Of a stretch of 63,385 nucleotides of DNA, positions 18,176 through 27,803 are shown in pieces. Where the stretch lies: positions 1-63,385 of the forward strand of contig JAZRDY010000205.1 of NCBI GenBank assembly GCA_045660525.1, given 5' to 3'. The position numbers were made by a program, and so were the translations under genes. The notes under the pieces are model-generated. The model worked only from the letters and a program-made list of their open reading frames with translations. It did no database searches and was not told the origin of the DNA. The DNA comes from Acutalibacteraceae bacterium (lineage in GTDB: Bacteria > Bacillota > Clostridia > Oscillospirales > Acutalibacteraceae). Every line of letters begins with the position of its first letter. Position 1 is the first letter of the stretch.

Positions 18176-19618
18176 ATGAACAGAAGAATGGTTTTATATG
18201 TAGTAGGCACTGTTATAAAAATAGAGGCGGCGCTGATGCTGTTGCCTCTTATAACATCGCTTATCTATAAAGAAAGTTGTGTCAGTGCGATACTGCTATC
18301 TATCGGTATTGCTTTGGTTGCAGGTTTTGCCATGACTTTGATTTTCAAGCCCGGCAGCAAGGTTATATATGCAAAAGAAGGATTTGTTATTGTGTCTCTT
18401 GCTTGGGTGGCATTGTCTGCTATCGGTGCTTTGCCTTTTTATATCAGCCGAGAGATACCATCGTTTGTTGATGCGTTTTTTGAAACCGTCAGCGGTTTTA
18501 CAACTACGGGTGCGTCTGTTGTAACAGATGTAGAAGCAATGAGCAAGGGTCTTCTTTTATGGAGAAGCTTTACACACTGGGTCGGCGGTATGGGTGTGCT
18601 TGTTTTTGTTATGGCGATACTTCCGTCGGTGTCTGACAGAAGCATACATCTGCTCAGAGCAGAAGCTCCCGGCCCTATAGTCGGCAAAATTGTGCCGAAA
18701 ATGAAGCAGACTGCAAGAATACTTTATATTATTTATATAGTAATGACTTTGATTGAATTTGCATTACTATTGGCAGGCGGTATGCCTTTGTTTGACAGTA
18801 TAGTTCATGCTGTTGGTACTGCGGGTACAGGCGGCTTTGGTATAAAGGTAGACAGCCTAGGCTCGTATTCGGCTTATATTCAGTGGGTTATAACGGTATT
18901 TATGTTGCTTTTCGGTGTGAATTTCAATCTGTATTATTTTATTGTTATTAAAAAATTCAAATCCGCAATAAAAAACGAAGAGCTTATTACCTATGGCGCC
19001 ATAGTGCTTTTTAGTATTGTAGCAATATGTGTAAACATAGCACCCTTATATGATACTCTTGCCGAAAGCATAAGACATTCTGCTTTCCAAGTTGCGGCTG
19101 TTATATCCACAACAGGTTTTGCAACGGTTGACTTTAATCAGTGGCCCGGATTTTCAAAGACAATATTGCTTCTGCTGATGTTTGTCGGCGGTTGCGCAGG
19201 TTCAACTGCGGGTGGCTTTAAGATTTCGAGAGTTATTCTTTTAGCTAAAAACATAAAGCGCGAGCTTCAGAAATTGCTTCATCCGAGAGCTGTTGCAACC
19301 ATAAAGCTTGACGGTAAAAGAGTTGACGAAAAAACCATCAGCTCTCTCGGAGCTTATCTTGCGATTTATGCATTGTTTTTATGTATTGTTGTTTTATTGC
19401 TCGGTCTTGATAAATTCGATCTTGAAACCAACATATCTGTGGCTGCATCTTGTGTCAACAATATCGGCCCCGGTTTCGGCTCGGCAGGACCTATGGACGG
19501 CTATGCTATGTATTCGCCTTTTTCAAAGGTGTTGCTGTCTTTCACAATGCTTCTCGGCAGACTTGAGATATTCCCGCTTATACTTACATTCTCTCCCTCG
19601 ACCTGGGTTAAGAAGTAA
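18176..19618 (+). CDS. trkH: TrkH/KtrB family potassium transporter
   Basis: 480 aa and polytopic, with repeated selectivity-filter-like motifs ([30 protein letters not shown]). Confidence 0.9.
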   Translation: MNRRMVLYVVGTVIKIEAALMLLPLITSLIYKESCVSAILLSIGIALVAGFAMTLIFKPGSKVIYAKEGFVIVSLAWVALSAIGALPFYISREIPSFVDAFFETVSGFTTTGASVVTDVEAMSKGLLLWRSFTHWVGGMGVLVFVMAILPSVSDRSIHLLRAEAPGPIVGKIVPKMKQTARILYIIYIVMTLIEFALLLAGGMPLFDSIVHAVGTAGTGGFGIKVDSLGSYSAYIQWVITVFMLLFGVNFNLYYFIVIKKFKSAIKNEELITYGAIVLFSIVAICVNIAPLYDTLAESIRHSAFQVAAVISTTGFATVDFNQWPGFSKTILLLLMFVGGCAGSTAGGFKISRVILLAKNIKRELQKLLHPRAVATIKLDGKRVDEKTISSLGAYLAIYALFLCIVVLLLGLDKFDLETNISVAASCVNNIGPGFGSAGPMDGYAMYSPFSKVLLSFTMLLGRLEIFPLILTFSPSTWVKK

Positions 19619-19652
19619 GTGTCAGACTTCTGTATAAAAAGAAGGTGTAACA

Positions 19653-20672
19653 ATGAAAAAGATAATGGCAACAGTTTTGGCTCTGATGATATTATTGTCG
19701 GGTTTCAGCATGGCATCTTTCGCTGTCAGCGAAAAGCAGGGTATGGATGCTCTTAAAGCTCAGTTCAGTTACGGTGAATCATATCTCGATTATGTTTACT
19801 ATTCACCTGCAACTAAAAACGATAAAACAAAATATCCTCTTGTAGTCTGGCTTCACGGTAACTCATCGGGAGATTACCCTGGACATCAGTTGGATAACTG
19901 CAATATCGCTCTCTGGTCAAGTGAAGAATATCAGAGCCGTTTCAAAGATACCGGCGGAGCTTATCTGCTTTTACCGAGATATCCTACATCGGGGCTGATA
20001 GATGTGGCTTGGGAGGGTACAACGAAAAATCTCAAGCAAACAATTGATTCTTTTTTATATCAACATATTGAAAATATTGACATAAACAGAATATATATCG
20101 GTGGCTATTCTATGGGCGGTAAAATGACCTTGAGAATGGCAATGGAATATCCGTCATATTTTGCAGCCGCTTTTCCTCTTTCGCCGGTTTATGCACCGTC
20201 AAACGCAGATCTCAATAATCTTATTGATATGCCTATCTGGTTTTTCTGGTGTAAAAATGATGATTATACATCTCTTAATGTTTTGACAGTCAATGCTAAT
20301 TGGCAATATCTTATGAGCATATCAAACTGCAAAGAAAATTGCCGTATATCTACCTTTGATACTATATATAATTCCGATTACACCGTTAAAACCGCTGACG
20401 GAAAAAAGGATATACACAATACCTGGGATGCTGCTTGTCACGATTTGTTTATGGATGACAACAAGCCTCAGAAAGATATGACAGTTAAAAACGGCAACGG
20501 AAAGACAGTTTCTCTTTCGTATCCTCAGGGGCTTATTTATTGGCTGTCTTGTCAAAGCAAAGATGATGAACATAAAGAAGAAAAGAAAAGCTCAATTCTC
20601 GATATTTTTCACTATCTGATTGAGCTTATAAAGAAAGCTTTTGTTGATCTTATAAAGACAATTGCAAACTGA
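19653..20672 (+). CDS. Secreted alpha/beta hydrolase (esterase)
   Basis: A signal peptide and the GGYSMGG nucleophile elbow are present. Confidence 0.7.
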   Translation: MKKIMATVLALMILLSGFSMASFAVSEKQGMDALKAQFSYGESYLDYVYYSPATKNDKTKYPLVVWLHGNSSGDYPGHQLDNCNIALWSSEEYQSRFKDTGGAYLLLPRYPTSGLIDVAWEGTTKNLKQTIDSFLYQHIENIDINRIYIGGYSMGGKMTLRMAMEYPSYFAAAFPLSPVYAPSNADLNNLIDMPIWFFWCKNDDYTSLNVLTVNANWQYLMSISNCKENCRISTFDTIYNSDYTVKTADGKKDIHNTWDAACHDLFMDDNKPQKDMTVKNGNGKTVSLSYPQGLIYWLSCQSKDDEHKEEKKSSILDIFHYLIELIKKAFVDLIKTIAN

Positions 20673-20817
20673 ATTGTTGCACAATTTAGATGATTTTAAT
20701 GAAAAAGTAGTTAATTTTTTGCTTGATAAGAAACTATTGTCGATAAAAGGTTGACAAAAAGTCTTATTATAATGTATATTAAAACAAAATAAAATAAAAA
20801 AATCAGGAGGAAATATT

Positions 20818-22272
20818 ATGCTTCATCCCGTATTGGCGATGGCAATCGGTATCGTTATTATGATGCTGCTTATCATCTTCACAAAAATGCACGCTTTCCC
20901 CTCACTCATTATCTCAGCTATTATTATTGCTGTGCTCGCTATGCCTTTCGGCCCTGAAGGTTCCGTGGTCGATACCCTGACAGGCTGTGTAAGCACAGTA
21001 ACAAAAGGCTTCGGTAACACAATGGCATCAATCGGTGTTGTTATCGGCTTCGGCTGTATTATGGGTATATTCCTTGAAAAGAGCGGTGCCGCTAAACGTA
21101 TGGCCCTTACAATTCTTAAGCTTGGTGGTGTTAAAAACTGCGACGTTGTTCTCGGTCTTACAGGTTTTGTTGTTTCAATTCCCGTATTCTGCGATTCAGG
21201 CTTCGTTATTCTTTCATCACTCGCTAAGGAATTTTCACGTCTTACAAAAAGATCAATGGTAGGTCTCGGCGGTATCCTTGGTATGGGTCTTTATATCACT
21301 CACTTCCTTGTACCTCCCACACCCGGCCCTCTTGCAGTTATTTCAACCTTCAATGAACACGGTGCAGCAATTGACCTTGGCTTATATATTCTTGCAGGTA
21401 TTGCTTTCTCAGTGCCCTTGTTCATTTTCTCAGTTTTCCTTTTCAGATACTTCGGTAAGAAGTACCCGAATCTCATCGTGCCTTATGAAATTGACAGAAG
21501 TAAATACACACCCGAACAGCTTAAGGTTCTCGACAGAATACACGAAAAGCACGACAACAACGAACAGCTTGTAACAAGTGACTTCGCTGATCTTCTTGCT
21601 TCAGAAAAGCTTCCTAGCGCGTTTCTTTCATTCGCAACACTTCTTGTGCCCATCGCTCTTATCTTCGCTAACACACTTGTTGGTCAGATCGATTCACTTG
21701 CAGGCACAACAGTTGCAAGCATCTTCACATTCCTCGGTCAGCCCGTAATTGCTCTTTTTGTTTCACTTTGCATGGGCGCATTCCTTCTTTGCCGTACATA
21801 TGACAAAAAGACTTGCGTTGATATGATGCAGGAAGCTTGCCGTGACGCAGGTCCTATCGTATTCATCACAGCGGCAGGTGGTGCTCTCGGTGCGGTTATC
21901 AATGCAACCGGTGCAGCAGGCATTATGGCTAACTGGATTGTTGATGCAGGTGTACCCGCAATTCTCATTCCTATCATCATCGGTGTTATTATGAGATTCC
22001 CTCAGGGCTCAGGTACCACAGCTATGATCACAGGTTCAGCTATTATCGGACCTATGCTCGCAACTCTCGGTGTAAATCCCTATCTTTGTGCTCTTGCACT
22101 TTGTCTTACAACAATGTGCCCCAGCTATCTCAACGACTCATACTTCCACGTTGTTACAAACTTCTCGGGTATGGATATCAAGACAAGCCTCAAGACCTGG
22201 TCAATCGGTTCAATTCTTATCCCGGTTTTCGGTTCGGCTATTCTTGTTGTGCTTTCACTTTTCATTCACTAA
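20818..22272 (+). CDS. GntP family permease
   Basis: 484 aa and polytopic, with GntP-like N-terminal and C-terminal patterns. An AGGAGG SD lies upstream. Confidence 0.7.
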   Translation: MLHPVLAMAIGIVIMMLLIIFTKMHAFPSLIISAIIIAVLAMPFGPEGSVVDTLTGCVSTVTKGFGNTMASIGVVIGFGCIMGIFLEKSGAAKRMALTILKLGGVKNCDVVLGLTGFVVSIPVFCDSGFVILSSLAKEFSRLTKRSMVGLGGILGMGLYITHFLVPPTPGPLAVISTFNEHGAAIDLGLYILAGIAFSVPLFIFSVFLFRYFGKKYPNLIVPYEIDRSKYTPEQLKVLDRIHEKHDNNEQLVTSDFADLLASEKLPSAFLSFATLLVPIALIFANTLVGQIDSLAGTTVASIFTFLGQPVIALFVSLCMGAFLLCRTYDKKTCVDMMQEACRDAGPIVFITAAGGALGAVINATGAAGIMANWIVDAGVPAILIPIIIGVIMRFPQGSGTTAMITGSAIIGPMLATLGVNPYLCALALCLTTMCPSYLNDSYFHVVTNFSGMDIKTSLKTWSIGSILIPVFGSAILVVLSLFIH

Positions 22273-22322
22273 AAAATCAGGCGGAGTACCACAAAGGTGC
22301 TCCGCTTCTATGTTAACTGTCA

Positions 22323-22351
22323 TTGACATCGAAAAGAAAGGGTGTTAAAAT
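22323..22351 (+). promoter_or_regulatory. Sigma-A-type promoter
   Basis: TTGACA, a 17-nt spacer, then TAAAAT. This overlaps the track's 22323 start, which I therefore reject. Confidence 0.65.
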
Positions 22352-22382
22352 ATCAATAAATCAATATGAAAAGGAGATTTTT

Positions 22383-23852
22383 ATGAAAACAATAAAAAAA
22401 GTAATAGCATTGATTTTATGTGCGATGCTTCTGGGCTCTTGCTGTGCGGTGGCTTTCGCGGCAGATGGCTCAGATGTTGCAACAATCAGTGAAAACGGCA
22501 CGTCAAAAATTAAAGCTTTTTTTGAAGAAATCATTGCAAAAATCAAAAACTTTTTCCTGCAGATAGGAGATTTATTTGTGGGTGACAGGTTTACGGGCAG
22601 TGATTATACTATACCGATGCTGGATCTGAGTGTTATGCCCGACGAAATTAAGGGCACGGAATACGAATATCTTTATGAACTGACAACTGTAGATAAGTCA
22701 AAGGATTATATGGCGCATCCTGACAGCGTACTGCTGAAAAACGGAAATATTCTTACTGTGTACCCTGCCGGTCACGGTAAAGGTGCAGTGCTTAATAAGG
22801 TGAGCACCAACGGTGGCTTGAGCTGGAGTGAAACTGTCAGCAACACTCCGAAAAGCTGGGAAGATTCTCTTGAAACTCCCACAATTTACCGACTTCAGTT
22901 TTCAGACGGCAGTCCTGATAAACTGATACTTATATCAGCAAATCCCAAGTGGCCCAATATGTCCACTCCCGGCGGTTTTGAATGCTCAATCTCAGAGGAT
23001 GAGGGTAAAACCTGGACTGAGTTTGAAAGATTTTACGGCAAAGACAGCAAAAACTCAGTGGTACCTATTGTAGCTATGGCAAGTCTTACACGTCTCAAAG
23101 AAAACGGTGAGTTTGTTGATAAGTGGATGGGTATTTTTCACGATTCTGATTTATACAATTATAAGACAATTCTCTCTTTCGATGAAGACGGTAATATGCA
23201 GTGGAGCAAACCCGAAAAATTTCTTGCAGAGTACCGCAAAATAGAAAAGAGTGCTCAGATGTGTGAAATTGAGGTTATCCGTTCTGATAAGGGTCTGGGC
23301 GATGAACTTTGTCTTATTGCAAGAAGTCAGTCGAAGACAATCAACTCAATGGTTGCGTTTTCAACTGATGAAGGTAAAACATGGAGCGAACCCAAAGAGG
23401 CTCCCTCTGCTCTTAACGGCGAAAGACATAAAGCTGAATATACTTCAGACGGCAGACTGTTTATAACCTTCCGTTCTATTGAAAGAGGACCTAAGGCTAA
23501 AGCCTATTCTAAGGATGCGACAGACAGAAAACGCGGTTGGATAAGCGAGGGCCTTGTTGCTTGGGTCGGTACATATGAAGATCTCAAAAACGGCACAGAG
23601 GGCGATTACAGAATAAAGCTCGCTCATACATATATGAACGGTCAGACTGAGCCTGAATACTATGCAAACGGTGACACAGGTTATTGTGGCAATGTAGTAT
23701 TACCTGATGACACCATAGTCACTTGCAGCTACGGTAACTTCAGTGCCACAGAAATGCAGGAAAGCGGAGAAGAGCTTAAAACATTTATTTGTTCAAAGAG
23801 AATCAACCTCAAAGATACAGATGAGCTTGTGAAGAGATTTTTCGGCGAATAA
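22383..23852 (+). CDS. BNR/Asp-box repeat sialidase-like glycoside hydrolase, secreted
   Basis: A signal peptide follows the ATG at 22383 (AAGGAG SD). Asp-boxes are STNGGLSWSE, SEDEGKTWTE and STDEGKTWSE. Confidence 0.75.
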   Translation: MKTIKKVIALILCAMLLGSCCAVAFAADGSDVATISENGTSKIKAFFEEIIAKIKNFFLQIGDLFVGDRFTGSDYTIPMLDLSVMPDEIKGTEYEYLYELTTVDKSKDYMAHPDSVLLKNGNILTVYPAGHGKGAVLNKVSTNGGLSWSETVSNTPKSWEDSLETPTIYRLQFSDGSPDKLILISANPKWPNMSTPGGFECSISEDEGKTWTEFERFYGKDSKNSVVPIVAMASLTRLKENGEFVDKWMGIFHDSDLYNYKTILSFDEDGNMQWSKPEKFLAEYRKIEKSAQMCEIEVIRSDKGLGDELCLIARSQSKTINSMVAFSTDEGKTWSEPKEAPSALNGERHKAEYTSDGRLFITFRSIERGPKAKAYSKDATDRKRGWISEGLVAWVGTYEDLKNGTEGDYRIKLAHTYMNGQTEPEYYANGDTGYCGNVVLPDDTIVTCSYGNFSATEMQESGEELKTFICSKRINLKDTDELVKRFFGE

Positions 23853-23914
23853 TATTAATTAAAACAGCACCATACTGCCTTGTTGGGTAATATGGTGCTG
23901 CTTTTTGTTGTTTG

Positions 23915-24460
23915 TTATACTGTGGCGAGGATTGTGTCTACATCGGAAATCTCAGCGCCGTAAGTTTCTTTAAGATATTTGATGCCGTGGATATAATCTT
24001 CTTCGGTAAAAGAGTCGGTTGCGTCTTTAGCCACAACGATATCATAGCCATACTGATAAGCATCGGCTGAGGTATGACGTACACACATATGAGCATGAAG
24101 ACCTGTCATAATAACGGTGTTTACACCGAGTTCTTGCAAAAGTAAATGCAGATCAGTCATAAAGAACCCGCTGTAACGACGTTTTGGAACTACATAATCT
24201 TTGTCGCAAAGATCAAGCTCGGGGATAACTTCAGCACCTTTTGTGCCTGCAATAGCATGATCGCCCCAGAATTTCAACTCGTGGTCGATACCTTTGAGAT
24301 GTGCATCATTACAGAAGATAACCGGAATGTTCTTTTCGCGACAGCCTGCAAGAAGCTCCTTTGTTTTGGGTACGATAGCAAGTCCGCGGTCGCATTTGAG
24401 TGCACCTGTTACAAAATCGTTGAGCATATCAACAACTAAAACTGCGTATTTTCTTTCCAT
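23915..24460 (-). CDS. pncA: Isochorismatase-family cysteine hydrolase, probable nicotinamidase
   Basis: VLVVDMLNDF and the catalytic Cys context TGLHAHMCV are present. It lies divergent from niaR. The ATG at 24460 has an AAGGAG SD. Confidence 0.7.
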   Translation of the reverse strand: MERKYAVLVVDMLNDFVTGALKCDRGLAIVPKTKELLAGCREKNIPVIFCNDAHLKGIDHELKFWGDHAIAGTKGAEVIPELDLCDKDYVVPKRRYSGFFMTDLHLLLQELGVNTVIMTGLHAHMCVRHTSADAYQYGYDIVVAKDATDSFTEEDYIHGIKYLKETYGAEISDVDTILATV

Positions 24461-24600
24461 TAAAATCAAACTCCTTAAATGTATATTTATATGTATATAC
24501 ATATTATAGCGAGGAAGTTTGATTTGTCAATAACTTTTTTCTTGTTTTTAAAACATTTTGGTGTTATAATGAACTGAAATAATAAAACGGAGAGATAACA

Positions 24601-25119
24601 ATGAGTGGAGAAAAAAGAAGGATTCTTATAATAGATAAACTTGAAAAATCTCAGATTCCCGTAAGTGCAGGCAGCCTTGCGGAAGAATTTGGTGTTACCA
24701 GACAGATAATAGTTGCAGATATCGCTCTGCTGAGAGCTTCGGGATATGATATACGCGCGGAGCATAAGGGTTATGTGATGGATAAACCGGACTTGTCGTC
24801 ACTGACAAAAAAGATAGCAGTAAAACACAGCAAAGAAAGTGTGACAGATGAGCTGTATGTTATAGTTGATAACGGCGGCAAGGTGCTGGATGTAATAGTA
24901 GAGCACTTGGTATACGGTAAAATATCGGCAGAGCTTAATATATCGTCAAGATATGATGCAGATAAGTTTGTTGATAAGATAAATCAGACGGGTGCAAATC
25001 CGCTGTCACTGCTTACTCACGGCTTTCATATTCACACGGTCGCTGTGGAAGATGAGGAATGTTTCGAAAGAATAAAAGAAAAACTGATAGAGCTTGGCAT
25101 ATTCATTGAAGCTATGTAA
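24601..25119 (+). CDS. niaR: NiaR (YrxA) type transcriptional repressor, HTH plus 3H domain
   Basis: An N-terminal HTH (SAGSLAEEFGVTRQIIVADIALLR) is followed by a 3H-domain pattern with conserved His residues (VEH...THG.HIHTV). Confidence 0.8.
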   Translation: MSGEKRRILIIDKLEKSQIPVSAGSLAEEFGVTRQIIVADIALLRASGYDIRAEHKGYVMDKPDLSSLTKKIAVKHSKESVTDELYVIVDNGGKVLDVIVEHLVYGKISAELNISSRYDADKFVDKINQTGANPLSLLTHGFHIHTVAVEDEECFERIKEKLIELGIFIEAM

Positions 25120-25128
25120 AAATAAAGA

Positions 25129-25154
25129 CAGCACTCCGATTGGGGTGCTGTTTT
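25129..25154 (+). terminator. Intrinsic terminator of niaR
   Basis: CAGCACTCC, loop GATT, GGGGTGCTG, then TTTT. Confidence 0.75.
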
Positions 25155-25198
25155 GGCGCGCTTGAAGGAATTCGAATCCCCGACCTTTCGCTTAGGAG
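25154..25198 (-). pseudogene. Displaced 3' half of the split tRNA-Arg(CCU) (anticodon loop to CCA)
   Basis: The reverse complement reads CTCCTAA-GCGAA-AGGTC-GGGGA-TTCGAAT-TCCTT-CAAGCGC-G-CCA. The acceptor 3' strand is complementary to GCGCTTG at 34868-34874. Confidence 0.85.
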
Positions 25199-25339
25199 AT
25201 ATATAAGCAACACTTTATGTGTTCACTTGTTTTACCCTGTGATACCTCATAAGTCCTTATATAGCAAGGATTTTTAAATGTTTTTCTCCCTTATCATCAT
25301 TTTCAATATTTCTTAGTTTTCAGTAATGTTTTACCATTT

Positions 25340-25358
25340 TGTTTGCAAAATGTTTGCA
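25340..25358 (+). repeat. Two direct copies of TGTTTGCA (putative integrase/Xis arm-type sites, left arm)
   Basis: TGTTTGCA lies at 25340-25347 and 25351-25358. The same octamer recurs three times near the other island end. Confidence 0.6.
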
Positions 25359-25397
25359 AAAATATATTATTACTAAAGTACAAATTTCGATGATTCA

Positions 25398-25433
25398 TAA
25401 AACACAGAGTTCAATTGCGAGCTCTGTGTTTTA
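25398..25433 (-). terminator. Intrinsic terminator downstream of the two-gene cassette
   Basis: AAAACACAGAG pairs with CTCTGTGTTTT, with A and T runs on both sides. Confidence 0.7.
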
Positions 25434-25457
25434 GTAAAAGAGATAACGTAATTATTG

Positions 25458-27800
25458 TTATTTATACTCTTGTAAAATCTCTTCTCTATATTTTTCAATT
25501 TCCATAAGAACATTTTGATATTTAAAAGTTTCTATATCAAGAGTATTATACATTTCACGAATATCATCAAGTTCACTACAGTCGACTTTCTTAATCCTAC
25601 AATAACATCCCTTTGCATATTTGCTCAAAGCCCAAATTGTACCTGTTGGAATATCAAGGGGGTATCTGCCTACTTCTTTATTATCAATTTCTTCTTTCAT
25701 ATGTTGTATGTGGCTATTGATCGATTGCCATTCGCTTGTATATACATTACCCGTATACTCTATTTCTTGATTCATTGCGGTTAGTGTTGCATACATTCTA
25801 ATAGCAAAGCAAATTTCAGAATTGTTTTCTTTGTCGGGATGTTCTGATATCTCTTGCAATAAACTTTCAATATATTTTGAAGGCTCTATATTCAAAATAA
25901 ACAACATACAAATGTCCGCAAAAACCTCCCTAAAAAGCGTGTCAACATCATAACTCTCATCTACAAAACTGTAATTAAAAGAAAGCTTTATATTTTCATC
26001 ATCAATAAAATCAAGATTTGCTATCGCCTCCGGATTAAAATCATCTTGCAAAAAGAGATCTCGTAAAAGATTTTCCATACTGTTAGCTACACAGATTTTA
26101 TCAGTAGTGTTATAAACAATTATTTCACGCATCTCTCTTATTGTAAGGTTTTTTTCATGTCCTAAAAAAGCACGAAATTGTTGTTCAAAATAATTTTTTA
26201 AATTTTTATTGTTAGTACCATATACTCTTTCAATTAAAAGAGCAGCCATTGCCTCCGCATAATATTTTTTTCTTTTTTTTCTATTTCTTAACGATTCACC
26301 TACATAATGTGATATCTCATGACACAGATATCTTAATATTTTCTTAGGATTGTACAGATCACTTTCTGGTATTTGTATGCATACAATGCCCGGAATTTTA
26401 TCTGTAGCGGGAAAAATCTCCTGGGCACTGGCTAATTCACAAGGATGAGGAACTAACATAACTTCAGTATGCAAATATTTTTTATCACTATCACAGTATT
26501 TAAGAATTTTAGAACATTTATTTAAAAACGCAACAATATACTCTAACATAAATACTGGTATGTCATATATAACAGGTCTAATTTCTGGATTATGGGAAAG
26601 TTGTCCCTCAATTCGCATAAGTTGTTCTGAAAAGTAAGAACATTTTTCAACAAATTCATATAGATGTTCACTATGCAACAATTCCTCTTTTTCATGCTTT
26701 TCTATTATATCCTTAATATTTAACAGAAACGCCCTAACCCCAGGAGCAATTAAATATACAACTTCATCCATTATAGGTGTTTTACTCATTCTGACAAGCG
26801 AATGGGCAACTTCAGAAATAGCATGAAACCAACCCAAATCCAAATGTTCAGATTCGATAGAGTTCAAAATATGTTTACACAAACCAGATAATTCAGAACA
26901 AATTTTAGAATTTATCAACTCATTGTCCGGAGAAAAGTCTTGATAATTAGTAGATTCTATATCTATATAAACACCTACTTTTGTAGCAGATTCGGGCTTT
27001 CTATAATTTTTGTATTCATCTGAACACAATAATTTTTTATACAAATTGACCAAACTTGCAGATGCTCTATCTTTATATATAATCATGACATCATCTATAC
27101 CGTTTGTGCAATACTCTTCTCCCGGCGTCAAGCCATCTGATTTCATACATTCTTTAATAAGTTCAATCTGTTGCTTTGTTGTTTCCGTATTGTAACCTGA
27201 AAAACGCATTAAAAAAAATGGAATTATGTCATCGGGATCTGACCACATCGCATCAGAATATATGAGTTTTGAACTAATGCCAAAATATGTATAAGTTTTG
27301 CCGATATTTATACCGCTTATTTCTCGTAACCGCAAAATTTTTTCTATAAGTGTATTCATAGTTTTAGAACGAACATCTAAAACCATGTCACTAAACTCTG
27401 TAGCATAATATAATCTATATGACAAATTGCTTTGTTTTAATTCATTAGAAATTGCTTTTTTTATATCATTGAATTGTGTAGTTAATTTTATTGATGCAGG
27501 AAAATGGATACGAACAATTGCAACAAAGTTATTGCTATAATCGTTTACATATGAATTGGAATCATCTGGAATTAGGTACAGAGGATGATAATACACACTT
27601 TCATCATTGTTCTTAAATATTTTGTCCTTATCTTTTTTTATTTTAGAAAAGAAACCATCACAACTTTCATCAATATCATAAATATACATATCATCAAAAT
27701 GACCTAGAGTAATCCAATGAGTTGATTTAGGCGGTTCCCACTGCTTTTCGTCTGCCGATTTCAGACTTTTTCTCAATAATATTACACTAATTTCCTTCAT
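25458..27800 (-). CDS. 780-aa uncharacterised protein with a zincin HExxH motif (ImmA/IrrE-like core)
   Basis: A GGAGG SD lies 6 nt upstream of the ATG at 27800. HEISH is encoded at 26307-26321, followed 15 residues later by YYAEAMAALLIE. This resembles the HExxH...E-x-AN-x-FA-x-x-LL arrangement of COG2856 peptidases. I saw no P-loop or other motif I recognise. The gene is very AT-rich. Confidence 0.8.
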   Translation of the reverse strand: MKEISVILLRKSLKSADEKQWEPPKSTHWITLGHFDDMYIYDIDESCDGFFSKIKKDKDKIFKNNDESVYYHPLYLIPDDSNSYVNDYSNNFVAIVRIHFPASIKLTTQFNDIKKAISNELKQSNLSYRLYYATEFSDMVLDVRSKTMNTLIEKILRLREISGINIGKTYTYFGISSKLIYSDAMWSDPDDIIPFFLMRFSGYNTETTKQQIELIKECMKSDGLTPGEEYCTNGIDDVMIIYKDRASASLVNLYKKLLCSDEYKNYRKPESATKVGVYIDIESTNYQDFSPDNELINSKICSELSGLCKHILNSIESEHLDLGWFHAISEVAHSLVRMSKTPIMDEVVYLIAPGVRAFLLNIKDIIEKHEKEELLHSEHLYEFVEKCSYFSEQLMRIEGQLSHNPEIRPVIYDIPVFMLEYIVAFLNKCSKILKYCDSDKKYLHTEVMLVPHPCELASAQEIFPATDKIPGIVCIQIPESDLYNPKKILRYLCHEISHYVGESLRNRKKRKKYYAEAMAALLIERVYGTNNKNLKNYFEQQFRAFLGHEKNLTIREMREIIVYNTTDKICVANSMENLLRDLFLQDDFNPEAIANLDFIDDENIKLSFNYSFVDESYDVDTLFREVFADICMLFILNIEPSKYIESLLQEISEHPDKENNSEICFAIRMYATLTAMNQEIEYTGNVYTSEWQSINSHIQHMKEEIDNKEVGRYPLDIPTGTIWALSKYAKGCYCRIKKVDCSELDDIREMYNTLDIETFKYQNVLMEIEKYREEILQEYK

Positions 27801-27803
27801 ATT